From Vicinamibacteria bacterium (GTDB taxonomy: Bacteria; Acidobacteriota; Vicinamibacteria; Marinacidobacterales; Marinacidobacteraceae), in assembly GCA_963668695.2 (NCBI GenBank), contig CAXXLQ010000004.1:2432001-2496000 (forward strand): 64,000 nt of DNA, written 5' to 3'. Below the pieces are notes generated by a model, which was not told where the DNA came from, did no database searches, and saw only the letters and a list, made by a program, of their open reading frames with translations. Positions 39,055-50,178 of the stretch are shown here, in pieces; the first letter of the stretch is position 1, and each line of letters starts with the position of its first letter. Position numbers and translations under genes: made by a program.

Positions 39055-39890
39055 GTCTGCGCGTGGGGTTGAGTCCGCCGCGGGCTTCACCAGCTATTCG
39101 AACGGCGTACGTCGGAGTGGACGTATCCGTGTCCAGGAGAAAGCGAATTCCCATTTCCGTATGCGTTCGTGATGAGGCCGGCCGGCTGTCACCTCTGGCT
39201 CTCAAGGGCTCCAAGAAGGTGAAAGCGCCGCCAGGGATCGGAAACGCTGCGACTCTGTGCGACAACCGGGTAGCTGAGTTCGCACAAGAGATGGCAGATT
39301 TCCTCAAGGCGCTCGTTGGACAGGAGAAGCTTGAGATCCGCCGCATCGCGATTGACGCGCCCCGGGACTATCGATCAGCAGACTCCGGGCGAAGAGCGTC
39401 GGAGCAGGCGCTATATAAGGAGGGTATTCCCTATTTCTCAACGCCTTCCGAGGCCGAGTTCGCGGAGATTCGCAAGAAAGCCGAAAAACACTTGAGAAAC
39501 AAAGGTAGCCAGAGCAGGCTTCCTCATGCCAACCAACTCTGGATGCTCGCGGGGTTCCAAATCTGGCGAGAATTGATCGCTACATTCGCCGAAAGCGAGT
39601 GTCTCGAAACGCATCCACATGCGATTTCTGTCCGGCTCAAGGCCGAAAGCAGCAAGAAATCCTCGTCGGCTGGTTTTACGGACAGATTGAATGCTGTGTA
39701 TTCGTTGACGGGATGGGACTCCCCCGATGTTCTCAAGCGCCGAATCGACAAGCAGGGTTATGGGTCAAGCCACGACAAACTGGATGCGTTCCTGTGTGCC
39801 TGGCTAGCGAGTCTTGATGAGGGAAAGCGGGAGGCTCTTGGGAAACCAGCGGACGATGCCATCTGGGTGCCAGTTGGCTCCAGGAGGTAG
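39051..39890 (+). CDS. DUF429-family (RNase H-like fold) putative nuclease
   Basis: YVGVD, IAIDAP, R.SE, ETHPH, DKLDAFLCA, IWVP; lower GC than neighbours. Confidence 0.78.
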   Translation: MSLRVGLSPPRASPAIRTAYVGVDVSVSRRKRIPISVCVRDEAGRLSPLALKGSKKVKAPPGIGNAATLCDNRVAEFAQEMADFLKALVGQEKLEIRRIAIDAPRDYRSADSGRRASEQALYKEGIPYFSTPSEAEFAEIRKKAEKHLRNKGSQSRLPHANQLWMLAGFQIWRELIATFAESECLETHPHAISVRLKAESSKKSSSAGFTDRLNAVYSLTGWDSPDVLKRRIDKQGYGSSHDKLDAFLCAWLASLDEGKREALGKPADDAIWVPVGSRR

Positions 39891-40326
39891 AACGGGTGTC
39901 ACATCGCGACCGCGGATCTGCTGGCCTTGCTTCGCGGGCTCCTCGGCGCCGCTGTGGCCATTCTCGGTATCCGCGTCACACACCTCCACACCCGTCGGGG
40001 GTGTGAATCTCGCCCGCCTCTGGCGGGCGATCTCGGTTTATGACCGGCGTTCCCTGGCCCTTCCGCGCTACAGGCGGGTCAGCATTACGCGCTTTCGCTG
40101 GGCTGCGCCCAGCGGTGCCGACCAGAGGTCTATACCTTTCCGGGCATCACATTTTCATGGGGCAGACACCCTGCGAACGAATGGCGCCGGACGGGGTGCG
40201 TTGGGGCGCGGCAGGTAGCCGGGAGGCGGTGTCAAGAGGAGGAAGGCGGCGAAGGTCCGGCGTTCCAAGCCGTCCCCGCGCTTTTTCTCGGTCAACGGTG
40301 CGGTCTGGCGGCCCTGCGGGCTGCGG

Positions 40327-40370
40327 TGCCGGTCTGAATGCCCCCACCGGGAGAACCGGCCGGCGATCCC
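40327..40370. repeat. REP-like hairpin with the 20-mer inserted in its loop
   Basis: TGCCGGTCTGAA-TGCCCCCACCGGGAGAACCGG-CCGGCGATCCC versus plain TGCCGGTCTGAA-GA-CCGGCGTTCCC at 17435. Confidence 0.7.
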
Positions 40371-40388
40371 TGGCCTCCGCGCGTCCTC

Positions 40389-43300
40389 TCACACGTAGAG
40401 CAGCACCGACTTCGCTGGCTGGCCGGTGGCTCGCTCCACCGCCCGGGCGTAGAGGCTGACCTGGCGGCGGTAGCGGGCCTCGACCGCCGCGAACTCCGGA
40501 TCATCCGGCGCTCGGGAATCCGTCTTGAAGTCCACCACGGTCCAGGGGCCGCCCGACTCCGGCTGGAATACCAGATCGGCGACGCCCTCCACGAGGAGAG
40601 GACCGTCTCCTCCATCCGCCCGGGTCCCTGCGGGGGCAGGGGCGGCCGCCCCTTCGTCCGACGCTTCGACTTCGAGCGCCGACGCCGTCTCGAATCGGTC
40701 TTGGCTCGGCTGGCTGCCGGCAGCGGGCCCCGCGGCGTTTTCGAAATGGAGCAGCGGCAATTCCCGGTAGCACCTGCCGTGCTCTTCGGCCCGCCGCGCC
40801 TCGGCGAGCAAGGGGTGGCCGAGCGCACCGAGCACCGCCGCTCCTACGGACGTCGAGAGTTCCGCCGGGCGTTCGAGTTCGCGGGACATCCGTTCAACTT
40901 CGCGGGACGCGCGGGCGGCTTCGCGGCGGACCGCCGGTTCATCAGCGTCGAGCGGTATCCGCTCGAGAACCCGGTGGACCAGCTCTCCGAACAAAACGCC
41001 TCGGGGCCGCCCCGGATCCGTCGCGAGCTGGTGGACTTCGGCCGCTCCCCTCCTCCGTCCCAGGCGCCGCCAGCGCGGTCCCGGGCGCCGCCAGCGCGGT
41101 CCCAGAAGCCGCCAGCGCCGTCGCGGAAGCCACCGCGCGGCTCGGCGCGCGTCCTTCGTCGAGGGCGCGCGTCCGGCGGGCCAGAAACGCCGCTTCCGCC
41201 GCCTTCCCTTCCTCCGGCGCGCCGTCGGCCGAGTCCTTCCGAAGCAGTTCCCACAGCGGTTTTCCGCCTCGCGCGTTTCCCGGAGCGCTCGGCTGTCCGG
41301 CTTCGGCCACTCGCGGCGTGATTCCGCCGCGTCCGCGCAGCGGTTTCAGAGCCGCGGCGACGGGGGCGAGCAGGCTGTCCCGGGGGAAGTCCCCTTCGGC
41401 CACCGGCGCCGCGACGAGATCCCGCGCCCGGGTGAGCGAGACGTAGAGCAGTCGGTCCAGCTCCGCGAGATCCTCCGCCTCTTCGGCCGGTGCCCCCTCG
41501 ATCAGGTCCCACGGAACGATGCCCGAGCCGAGATCGCAGGCGTAGAGCCGCCGCTCGGCGTTCACGACCCGGCTCGCCCGCCCGTGCCGCTGAAAGGCTC
41601 CGTCGCAGAGGATCACGACCGGGAACTCCAGTCCCTTTGCGGTGTGGGTGGTCATGATCCGCACCCCGCTCACGTCCTCATCGATGGCGTGCGCCGATCC
41701 GGCGTCCGGGTTCTCCGCTTCGGCGGCAAGCTGTTCCACGAACGCCCGGAAAGAGAGGCCGCCGCCAGCCTCGAAGGCGCGCGCCGCCTCGGCGAGCCGC
41801 CTCAGATTCGAGAGCACCTGATCCGGCGAGTTCCAGAACGCGAAACCGGTTTCCGCGCGGTTCCTGCCGAGGAGCTGTTGCAGCGTCACCGCAATGGGTT
41901 GGTGGGTACGGCGCCGGTGGAGACGGTAGAGGAACGCCAGTCCGTCCCGGATCGCCCGGTCCATCGTTCGGTCCGGCGCTCGGTCCGGCGTTCGGTCCGG
42001 CGTTCGGTCCCCCGGTCCCCCGTTCGGTCCCCCGTTCGTTCCGTCGTCCGGTCGATCGTTCCGCTTCGGGGAGCGGCCTCGTCGTCCAGTTCAAGAAGGC
42101 GCGCCCGGGCAGGCCGGAGCCGGATTTCCGGATGGCGTTCCCGAAAGAGGAACAGGTCCTGGTCGGGAATGGCGAACAGCGGACCCCGGAGGGTCGCGTA
42201 GACGCTCAACTCGTCGTCAGGGAACTCGATGGCGGTGAGAGCCGCGCGCAGGAACGACAGTTCGGCGCTGCCGATGTAGGTCTGGACCGCTGCCAGCGAG
42301 TGCGGGATGCCCAGGTCCCGAAGGGCGTCGGCATAGGGCTGCGGCACCAGTCGTCCATACGTCCGGAAGCGCCGGAACAGCAGACAGATGTCGCTCGGTT
42401 CCACCGGCCGGGTCCCCTCTTTATCGGCTTGGGAGACCCGGAACCCGCTGTCGAGGAGCCCGCCCACGAAGTCCGCCACCGCCTTCGGTTCCTGTTCCTC
42501 GAGCTGGCGGGCATAGGGGGCGTGAGCGAGCGGAATCGCGGCCAGCGGAATGCTCTCCCGGATGGATTCCCGAGAGGGGTGGAGTGGCACGTAGTCCACC
42601 TGCCGGGCGAGTCCCCCGAGTCCCGGCGCCTCCTCGAAGACCGGCTTCATGACCCGGTTCACGAAATCGCAGATGGCGGGAACCGAGCGGAAATTCGTGG
42701 TCAGCCGGATCTCGGCGGCGCCGTTCGCGAGCAGGCGCTCCTTCACCTCGAGGTAGTGGGCCACGTCGGCCCGCCGGAACCGGTAAATGGACTGCTTGGG
42801 ATCCCCTACAGGCAGAGACTTCCCGGGACCGGAATGGCGGCCCGCCAGTCGCCCCCCGGCGGTTCCGGCGCGGTGAGCAGCAGGACGATCTCCGTCTGCA
42901 TCGGGTCGGTGTCCTGGTACTCGTCCACCACGATGTGCCGAAGGCGGCCCCCGAGTTCCTCGCGGACCTCCGCGTGGTCCCGCAGCAGGCCTTGCGTCCG
43001 GAGCAGCAGGTCGTCGAAGTCCAGCATCCCGGCCTTCTGCTTGGCCGCCTCGTAGTCCTCGATCAGCCCTCGAAGGTCCTCGCGAAGCAGCGCCGCCAGG
43101 TCGGCGTTGCTTTCTTGCTGGAATGCGAGCAGGCGGGCCCGGAAAGCGTCGCGCCACTTGCGGGCGTGGCGGAAGCCGGACGGGGTGCGGCCGGAATAGC
43201 CCGGAACCTTGAGTTCCGCGAGGGCCTGTTCCAGCCAGTCGACATCTCTTCCGGAAGAGGCGTCGCGCACCCGGATCTCGCGACCGAGGTCCGCGGCCGC

Positions 43301-44152
43301 CGCCATGGAACGGACCAGCCAGTTGGGCCTGGTTCCCGGCGGGTCCTTCGGAAGCGAGCGGTAGAGCTTCTCGATCATGAAGAGGGAAGGGATCTCTTCG
43401 TCGCCCGAACCTCCCGGTTTCTCCACGATGTCCTCGACCGCCGTCCCGGCATGCCAGGACCGGCGCTTCCAGGGGGCCTCGAAGGGCCGGTAGTCGAGAA
43501 GGCGCCTTCCCGCCTCCCGGAGGACCTCGAGCGGACTCACGGCGGGGTTCCGGCTGCGGCGCAGCAGCCGCGCGATTCCCGGGCCGGGGTTTTCCAGTTG
43601 CCGGTCCACGAAGCGGCGAAAAACCCGGTCGAAGAAAGCCCGCTGATCCGCGTCGGTCAAGATCTGGAAATCCGGATCCACTCCCGCCTCGATGGGCCGC
43701 TCCCGCAGGACCGTGGCGCAAAAGGCGTGGATGGTCCCGATGGATGCTTCTTCGAGCTGGGAAAGCGCCACCTCGAGCCGCTCTCTCCGTGCCCCCGCAT
43801 CGGGGTCCCTTTCCTCGTCTTCGATACGGGACTCGAGTCCCTGCCGGATTCGCAGCCGCAACTCCCCGGCGGCCTTCTCCGTGAAAGTGATGGCGGCAAT
43901 CTGTCCTATCCGGGCGGTGCCGGCGGCGACCATCTCCACCACTCTGCTGACCACCGAGGTGGTCTTGCCGGTGCCGGCCGCGGCCTCCACGATCAGCGTG
44001 GTGTCGTGGTCCCGGCGGATGCGCTCCCGCTCGGCCAGGTCCGGGAGCCGGGGCGGCCGCTTGGGGAGCTGCGCGGGCTTTTTGGGGAGCTGCGCTGGCT
44101 GGCGCGGTGCTCCCGCGCCGGGGAGGGGCGGGAGATCCGTTGTCCGGTTCAT
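40389..44152 (-). CDS. addA: AddA-like UvrD helicase + PD-(D/E)XK nuclease, three frameshifts (~42810, ~42015, ~41000)
   Basis: EAAAGTGKT, ITFTEKAA, VDEYQDT, VGDPKQSIYRFR, MTTHTAKGLEFP, LLYVSLTRA, GVADL..VVDFKT...Q..LY, spread over four ORF pieces. Confidence 0.85.
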
Positions 44153-44183
44153 CGCGCCGTTTCGCGGCGGCCGGGACCCAGGC

Positions 44184-47100
44184 TCATGGCAGGCTCCGGA
44201 TCTGGACGACTTCGTCGAGGGCGGCAGCGAATCCGGCCCGGGCCTTCGTTCGCGCGTGATTCGCGGGCCGCGGACCGCATACCGGCAGGTAGTCGCAGTA
44301 GTCACACACCCGGTAGGAAACCCCGGGGTTCGGCAGTGCGGGAAAGCGTCCATTGCGGGTCGCCCGGTCGAGGCCGTCGACGAACGCCTCGAAGACGGCC
44401 CGGGATTCCTCGCTGGCGGCGTCCACCACGGTCTCCAGGTAGGTCCCCCGAATGGTCGCGTAGTAGAGCCGGCCGGACGCCGTAGGCGTTCCGGAAAGGG
44501 CCTCGTAGGCGAGCGCGTAGAGGAGCGGCTGCAGGGCGCGCCCACCGAAGAGGATTCGTTGCTGCCGGGTGGTTTCGATCGACGCCCGCCCCGTCTTGTA
44601 GTCGGTGATCTGGATCGCTCCGTCCGCGAGTCGTTCCACCACGTCAATCGAACCGTGGAGCCGGAGCCCGCCGGGAAGCACCGCCGCCTCGGTGCGGCTG
44701 GCCGGGTCGGCAGGCTGCCTCGCCCCCATCCCGAACGTGAGTTCGTTCGCGAGCGGCATGCGTCCGGTAGCCGCGTAGCGCTGCAGGAAGCCCCTCAAAT
44801 CGCCGAGCAGTCCGTCCATCTGATCCTGCCAGATGCGGTCGATGGCGGGGGCTACCCGCTCCCTCACCTCTTCCTCGACCCGCCAGAAGACCGTCTCCAG
44901 CATCGCGAAAGCCTCACTCAGCCGCCCCTCGGCCAGCGGAGCGAGGTTTCGCTCCCGGAATTCGCGACCCAGGTGGAAGAACACGTCGTGCAGAAGCGAA
45001 CCCCGCGTCAACGGATCGAGATGAAGAAGGGCCTCCGGACGCTCGATGGGGCGTAGGCGGACGATGTTCTTGAGGAAGAACTGGTAAGGACACGACGCGT
45101 AAGCCTCGAGGCCGGTCACGGAAAAGGAGCGGTTCCCGGGCCGGTGTCGTTCCAGCGCCGCGAGCGCTTCCGGGTCGGGGTTCAGGAAGCCGTCGGGGGA
45201 CTGCCATTTCCACTGCTGGCGCATGTACTCCTGGCGGAGGGAGCGCGCCACCGCCGGGTCGGAGAGCAGGTAGGCCGCGGTCCCGGCGCCGGCGCCGCCT
45301 GCTTCCGGTCTTCCGAGAGCTCCAGCGACCCGCCCGAGATCGAACTCGCGGCGATCGATCGCGTAGGACGGGTTGCGTGGCGCGCGGATCCCGCGGACTA
45401 CCTGGCTCTCCTTGCCTGCCTGGGCTCGGATTTCGGCGAGGGTGGGGATCTTCCCGAGGCCCGCCCGGAAGGCTTCCGCGAGGTAGTACGACGGAACCTG
45501 GGGGCGGCCTTCGACCAGGTTCAGCGAGGAATAGCTGAGGATGAGTTTCCGGGTGGCCGCTCCCACCGCAATCCGGAGCCGGAGACGCTCGCGCTCGGCG
45601 AGATCGCTGCGCACCGGCAGGTCCGCCGAGATCGCGCCGCGTTGCCGGTCGAGGAGCATGGGGTCTTCGCGGATCACGCGAGGGAACGCCCGCTCGGAAA
45701 GGCCGGGCACCGCCACCACGTCGAAGGTGAGGCCGCGCGCCGCATCGATGGGGCCCACCCACACCCGGCCGTAGCGGTCGCCCCGGGAGCGGGTCACCAC
45801 TTCAGCGAGGCGCCGCGCCAGACTCTCCCGCACCTCGTCGAGGGTGACTTCGTTCACGTCTCGCATCGGGTCCGTCTCGGCGAGGCATTCGAGGACCCCC
45901 TCGGGGTGGAGCAGCGCGGCGCGGGCCAACTCCGCGAGCTGGCGCGTCCATTCGTAAAAGCCCGCGTGGGGGGTGGGGAAAGCGGCCAGCCGATGCAGGA
46001 TGGGCAGGGCCGTCTCGGTCAGCCGGCGAAGATCCCGCCGGCGCCGGCGCACCGCTTCCCGCCTCGATTCATCCGATTCCGCCTCTTCGTCCCGCTGGAG
46101 TTGTCGCTCGAAACGGGCAAGCCGCCCTTCCCAGCGGTCAAGACCCCCGATCACCTCGGAATCCAGGATGAGTCGTTCCCACCTCCGGGGAGCCACAAAA
46201 CCCGTGTTTTCCTCCGCCTCCGTCCCCCGGGCGCCGGCCCCGATGTCTTCCGTCGGACTGGCTTCCGTCGGACTGGCTTCCGTCCGACTGGCCGGCGTCT
46301 CTCCGAGGGAGAGGTATTCCGCGAATCGCGTGGCGGAGAGGCCCTCCCGGGCGCAGTCGAGGAGCACCAGGAAGGCGCGCCCCGCGGGGTGTGGCCGCCG
46401 GGCGCCGGCCTCGAAGAAGGCGGGGATTTCTGCGCGTTCGAATGCTTCCTGGAATGCCGAGGCCTGGTTCGCCGGCTCGGGAAGCAGGACCGCCATCCGG
46501 TCGAAGGGGATCCCGTCGGCCGCCTCGGCCAGGAAGGCGCGCGCGTGCTCGATCGCCTCCGCCGCCGTCCCCGGCGCGGCGACTACCGAGAGGCCCCGGC
46601 GCCCAGTACCCGGATCCGGCCGCCGGGTGGCGAACAGGTGGCGTTGCGCGGAGGCGACGGCATCGTCTTGCGAGGTGTCGCCAAAGTCCCTTTCGGCAGC
46701 TGGTAGCGGTAGGGCTCCCAGCGCCAGCGGCTCCCAGCGGCAGGGCTCCCAGCGGCAGGGTTCCCGGCGCCACGGCTCCCGGCGGCATGGTTCCCGGCGC
46801 CAGGGTTCCCGGCGCCACGGCTCCCGGCGGCATGGTTCCCGGCAGGGGCGGCGTTCCCAGCGGCAGGGCTCCCAGCGGCAGGGCTCCCAGCGCCAGGGCG
46901 GCTTCCTCGGTGTGCCGGTCTCCCTCGGGCAGGGTCAGGAACACCTCGGATGCTGCCGCTGCCAGGGCTGCGGCGAAACGGCGGGAAGCCTGGTCCACGA
47001 GCGGCACGTCCAGGAGCAGCAACGGCAGCCCGACCGGAAGGCCGGCGCCGTTCGTGATCGCTCGTCGAGCGGACTCGAACGTTTCGGCCCGGTCCGCCAG

Positions 47101-47589
47101 CTTCACTTCGGCCAGCGTCTCCAAGTAGGCGCGGTAGAGCCTTCCGAGCGACTCCTCCGCGGCTCCGACCTCGTCAGCGGTGACGCCGGCCAACCGCAGT
47201 TCATCGAACGTCGAGGCAAGCCGGACCGCAAGCCCGGGACCCTGGGCGGCCTCTTCGAAGCGTCCGAGCTCGCCGGCCCGCCGGGCCCGGTGGATGATCC
47301 GGACCACGGCGGCGAGCCGCGCGGCGGGGGTGAGCGTCCTGAGTTCCCGCGCCGCCAGCTCCGGCCGGGCCAACTGCTGCGCGAGGACGAACAGCCCGAA
47401 GCGAAACGCGCCGAAGAGCCCGCCCTGATGGCCTCGCCCCTCCGCCGCCTCATGCACCAGTCGGTCCGCCGCGTGGCGGGACGCTCCCACCACCAGGAAC
47501 GGGTTTCCCGCGCCCAGCCCCTCGAGAAACCGAACGGCCGCCGCGGTCCGCACGGCGGCCCGCGGACTCTTGATGAATCGCCTCTGCAC
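44184..47589 (-). CDS. addB: AddB-like inactive helicase + PD-(D/E)XK nuclease with Fe-S cysteines, frameshift at ~46730
   Basis: FSVTGLE.YASCPYQFF, GSIDVV, DYKTG, LQ..LY, CDYCDYLPVC; N-terminal half in another frame. Confidence 0.8.
46711..46895. repeat. Intragenic 15-bp VNTR in addB (LPLGA/VAPGT/MPPGA units)
   Basis: About 12 units of AGGGCTCCCAGCGGC and variants; one 16-bp unit shifts the frame. Confidence 0.85.
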
Positions 47590-47646
47590 CGCGCCCACTA
47601 TAGAACCGAACCCCGACAAATTCCGTCGTGCCGGGACGTGGGGGTG

Positions 47647-48684
47647 TCAGGCGCGGGGAAGCCCGCGGGTTGCAGCACGAAAGAGCAGCTTGAGGCCGAA
47701 GTCCCAGCGGGCCATTACGCTCGTGAGAACAAGGGCGGCGCCCGCGCTCAGCCGGGACACCCGCACGTTCCGGCCGAGCCGGAAGCTGCGCTCGCTGTGC
47801 ACGCGCCGGAGCGCCAGAACGGCCAATCCGAGCGCCCAGAGCAGATGCCGCCGGATACCGGCTTCCCGAGCCGGAATGAGCAGGATGAATTCGAGGGCGT
47901 GCCCGAGGTGGCGCCGGGTGATCGCCACCAGCCGCGACAGTCCTTCGTCGAAACCGGGGCCGCCGCCCCCGGCCGAGAGATCGCGCAGATCGAAGCCCGC
48001 GGCGTCGAAGACGTCGCGGGGGAGCCAGCAGGAGCCCCTCGCCCAGTCATCCCACACATCCTTGAGGATGTTGGCCATCTGGAGTCCCTGGGCGTGCGAT
48101 GTCGCGAGCGCCAGCAACTCCTCGCGGCGCCGCTCGACTTCCGCGGAGTAATCGCCGAACAGGTCCACGAGCAACTCGCCGACCACCCCGGCGGCGAAAT
48201 AGCAGTAGCGGTCGAGCTGGCGCATGTCCTCGAGGCCGACGGAGGGCGTGTCCTGCTGGAACTCGACCATGCCGTTCGACATGGTCCGGATGCAGCGTTC
48301 GATGGCCGTTCGCTGCCTCGGACGAAACCCTGCCGTCACGCGGACGATGCGAGCCGTGTTGGCCGCGAGGTCGTGCTCCGGCTCCGGGGTCGCCGGCGAC
48401 AGCGCCGCCGAGAGGTCGCGTGCGAAGGATGCGGCGTCGTCCCGGCCGGACACCACCTCGACGAAGCGCTCCCAGAGCGACTGCTTCCGGTGGAGGGAAA
48501 GTTCAGGTTCGTCTTCGATGGTGTCCGCAATCCGGCACAGCAGATAGGCGTTTCCCACCACCTCCCGCAGGCCCTCGGGCAGCACGGGAATCGTGAGCGC
48601 GTAGGTTCGCGAAACGGACAGGAGAATCCTTGTCTGATAGGCGAGATCACCCGCGCTTCCGCTGCGCGACGGATCCTTGTTCAT
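47647..48684 (-). CDS. Squalene/phytoene synthase family (FDFT1-like squalene synthase)
   Basis: VSRTYALTI, YLLCRIADTIED, YCYFAAGVVG, GLQMANILKD...D. Confidence 0.9.
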   Translation of the reverse strand: MNKDPSRSGSAGDLAYQTRILLSVSRTYALTIPVLPEGLREVVGNAYLLCRIADTIEDEPELSLHRKQSLWERFVEVVSGRDDAASFARDLSAALSPATPEPEHDLAANTARIVRVTAGFRPRQRTAIERCIRTMSNGMVEFQQDTPSVGLEDMRQLDRYCYFAAGVVGELLVDLFGDYSAEVERRREELLALATSHAQGLQMANILKDVWDDWARGSCWLPRDVFDAAGFDLRDLSAGGGGPGFDEGLSRLVAITRRHLGHALEFILLIPAREAGIRRHLLWALGLAVLALRRVHSERSFRLGRNVRVSRLSAGAALVLTSVMARWDFGLKLLFRAATRGLPRA

Positions 48685-48706
48685 CGGGAGGCCCCGGGAA
48701 GAGCTG

Positions 48707-49495
48707 TAACAGTCGGTGGACAAAGTGACGTGAGTACCGAGACCGGTGAGGCCCAGTTCTCCCGGTGGGGGCGAGGCGCCCGGCTGACAAGGCGCGCGAG
48801 GGAGGAGCCCCCACCGGGAGAACTGGCCCGAGTGTATTTCGACCGAAGCGCAACGATGAGCGACGCGGTGAACAGCCGGTGGTGGAACCCGCGTGAGCGC
48901 CGAGGCCGGCCAGTTCTCCCGGTGGGGGCGAGGCCCAGTTCTCCCGGTGGGGCCAGTCCTCCCGGTGGGGGCCCGGCTGACAAGGCGCGTGAGAGAGGAG
49001 CCCCCACCGGGAGAACTGGCCCGGGTGTATTTCGACCGAAGCGCAACGATGAGCGGCGCGCAGCGACGCGGTTCAGCCGGGATGGATCGCCGGCCGAGCC
49101 CCCACCGGGAGAACTGGGCCGCGTGGGTTTCATCGCCGGTTGTTTGGCCGGGATGCATCGCCGGTCGGATGCCGCGTGACTTCGTCCACAGGCTGTTCAG
49201 GTTTCGCTCCCTGCCGTCCAGCTCGGGGACGGACTACTAACAGCCTGTGGTGGAACCCGGGTGAGCGCCGAGACCGGCCAGTTCTCCCGGTGGGGGCGAG
49301 GCCCAGTTCTCCCGGTGGGGGTCCGGCTGACAAAGCGCGTGAGGGAGGAGCCCCCACCGGGAGAACCGGCCCGGGTGTATTTCGACCGAAACGCAACGAA
49401 GAACGGAGCGAAGCGGAGTGGTTCAGCCGGGATGGATCGCCGGGCGAGCCCCCACCGGGAGAACTGGGCCGCCTGGGTTTCACCACAGGTTGTTA
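48707..49495. mobile_element. Two MITE-like composites (48707..49197 and 49238..49495) with eleven 20-mer inserts
   Basis: TAACAG(C/T)C(T/G)GTGG ... CCACAGG(C/T)TGTT ends. Confidence 0.8.
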
Positions 49496-49663
49496 AGTCT
49501 GCGTGTCGTCGGAATGCACTTTGGGGGGCAGGCGGTAGGAGATCAGGGGATCGCGCAGGCGCGAGTTGTCCACGAAGGTGTATCGGTCCACTTTCGCCTT
49601 CGCCTCCCACGCCGGAACCAGACCGTCCTCGACGGAAGTCCCGTCGGCCCCGCGACCCTCCTC
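49493..49663 (-). pseudogene. Possible C-terminal remnant of a second MpaB-like oxygenase
   Basis: ...ISYRLPPKVHSDDTQT* resembles VSYKMPDHVKTAQQSPW* of the neighbouring gene; flanked by MITEs. Confidence 0.35.
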
Positions 49664-49922
49664 TAGCAGCCGGTGGATAAAGTGGTGTGAGCGCCGAGAG
49701 CGGCCAGTCCTCCCGGTGGGGGCGAGGCCCAGTTCTCCCGGTGGGGGTCCGGCTGACAAGGCGCGCGAGGGAGGAGCCCCCACCGGGAGAACTGGCCCGA
49801 GTGTATTTCGACCGAAGCGCAACGATAGAGCGACGCGAAACGGAGTGTTTCAGCCGGGATGCATCGCCGGTCGAGCCCCCACCGGGAGAACTGGGCCGCA
49901 TGACTTTGTCCACAGGCTGCTA
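49664..49922. mobile_element. MITE-like element with four 20-mer inserts
   Basis: TAGCAGCCGGTGG ... CCACAGGCTGCTA. Confidence 0.8.
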
Positions 49923-49993
49923 AGCGGCCCCGGCCCGGCGTTCGGGCGACCCGTGCGGCGACCGTTCTACCGCGGGGGACTGTCGACCGGGCT

Positions 49994-50178
49994 TAACAGC
50001 CTGTGGCAAAACCCACGCGGCGTTCGGCCGGCGATGCATCCCGCCCGAACCACTCCGCTTCGCTCCGTTCTTCGTTGCGTTTCGGTCGAAATACACCCGG
50101 TATTCCTCCCTCACGCGCCTCGTCGGACGGGCGCCTCACCGACCTCGGCGCTCACGTGAGTTTCACCACAGGCTGTTA
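49994..50178. mobile_element. Empty 185-bp MITE (no 20-mer inserts)
   Basis: Perfect 13-bp TIR TAACAGCCTGTGG / CCACAGGCTGTTA; the right end supplies the TAA stop of the oxygenase gene. Confidence 0.85.

Noticed and set aside
48707-49922. CRISPR array made of the 20-mer repeats
   Set aside because: Repeats occur in both orientations with irregular spacing, the intervening DNA is itself repeated rather than unique spacers, and no cas genes are present
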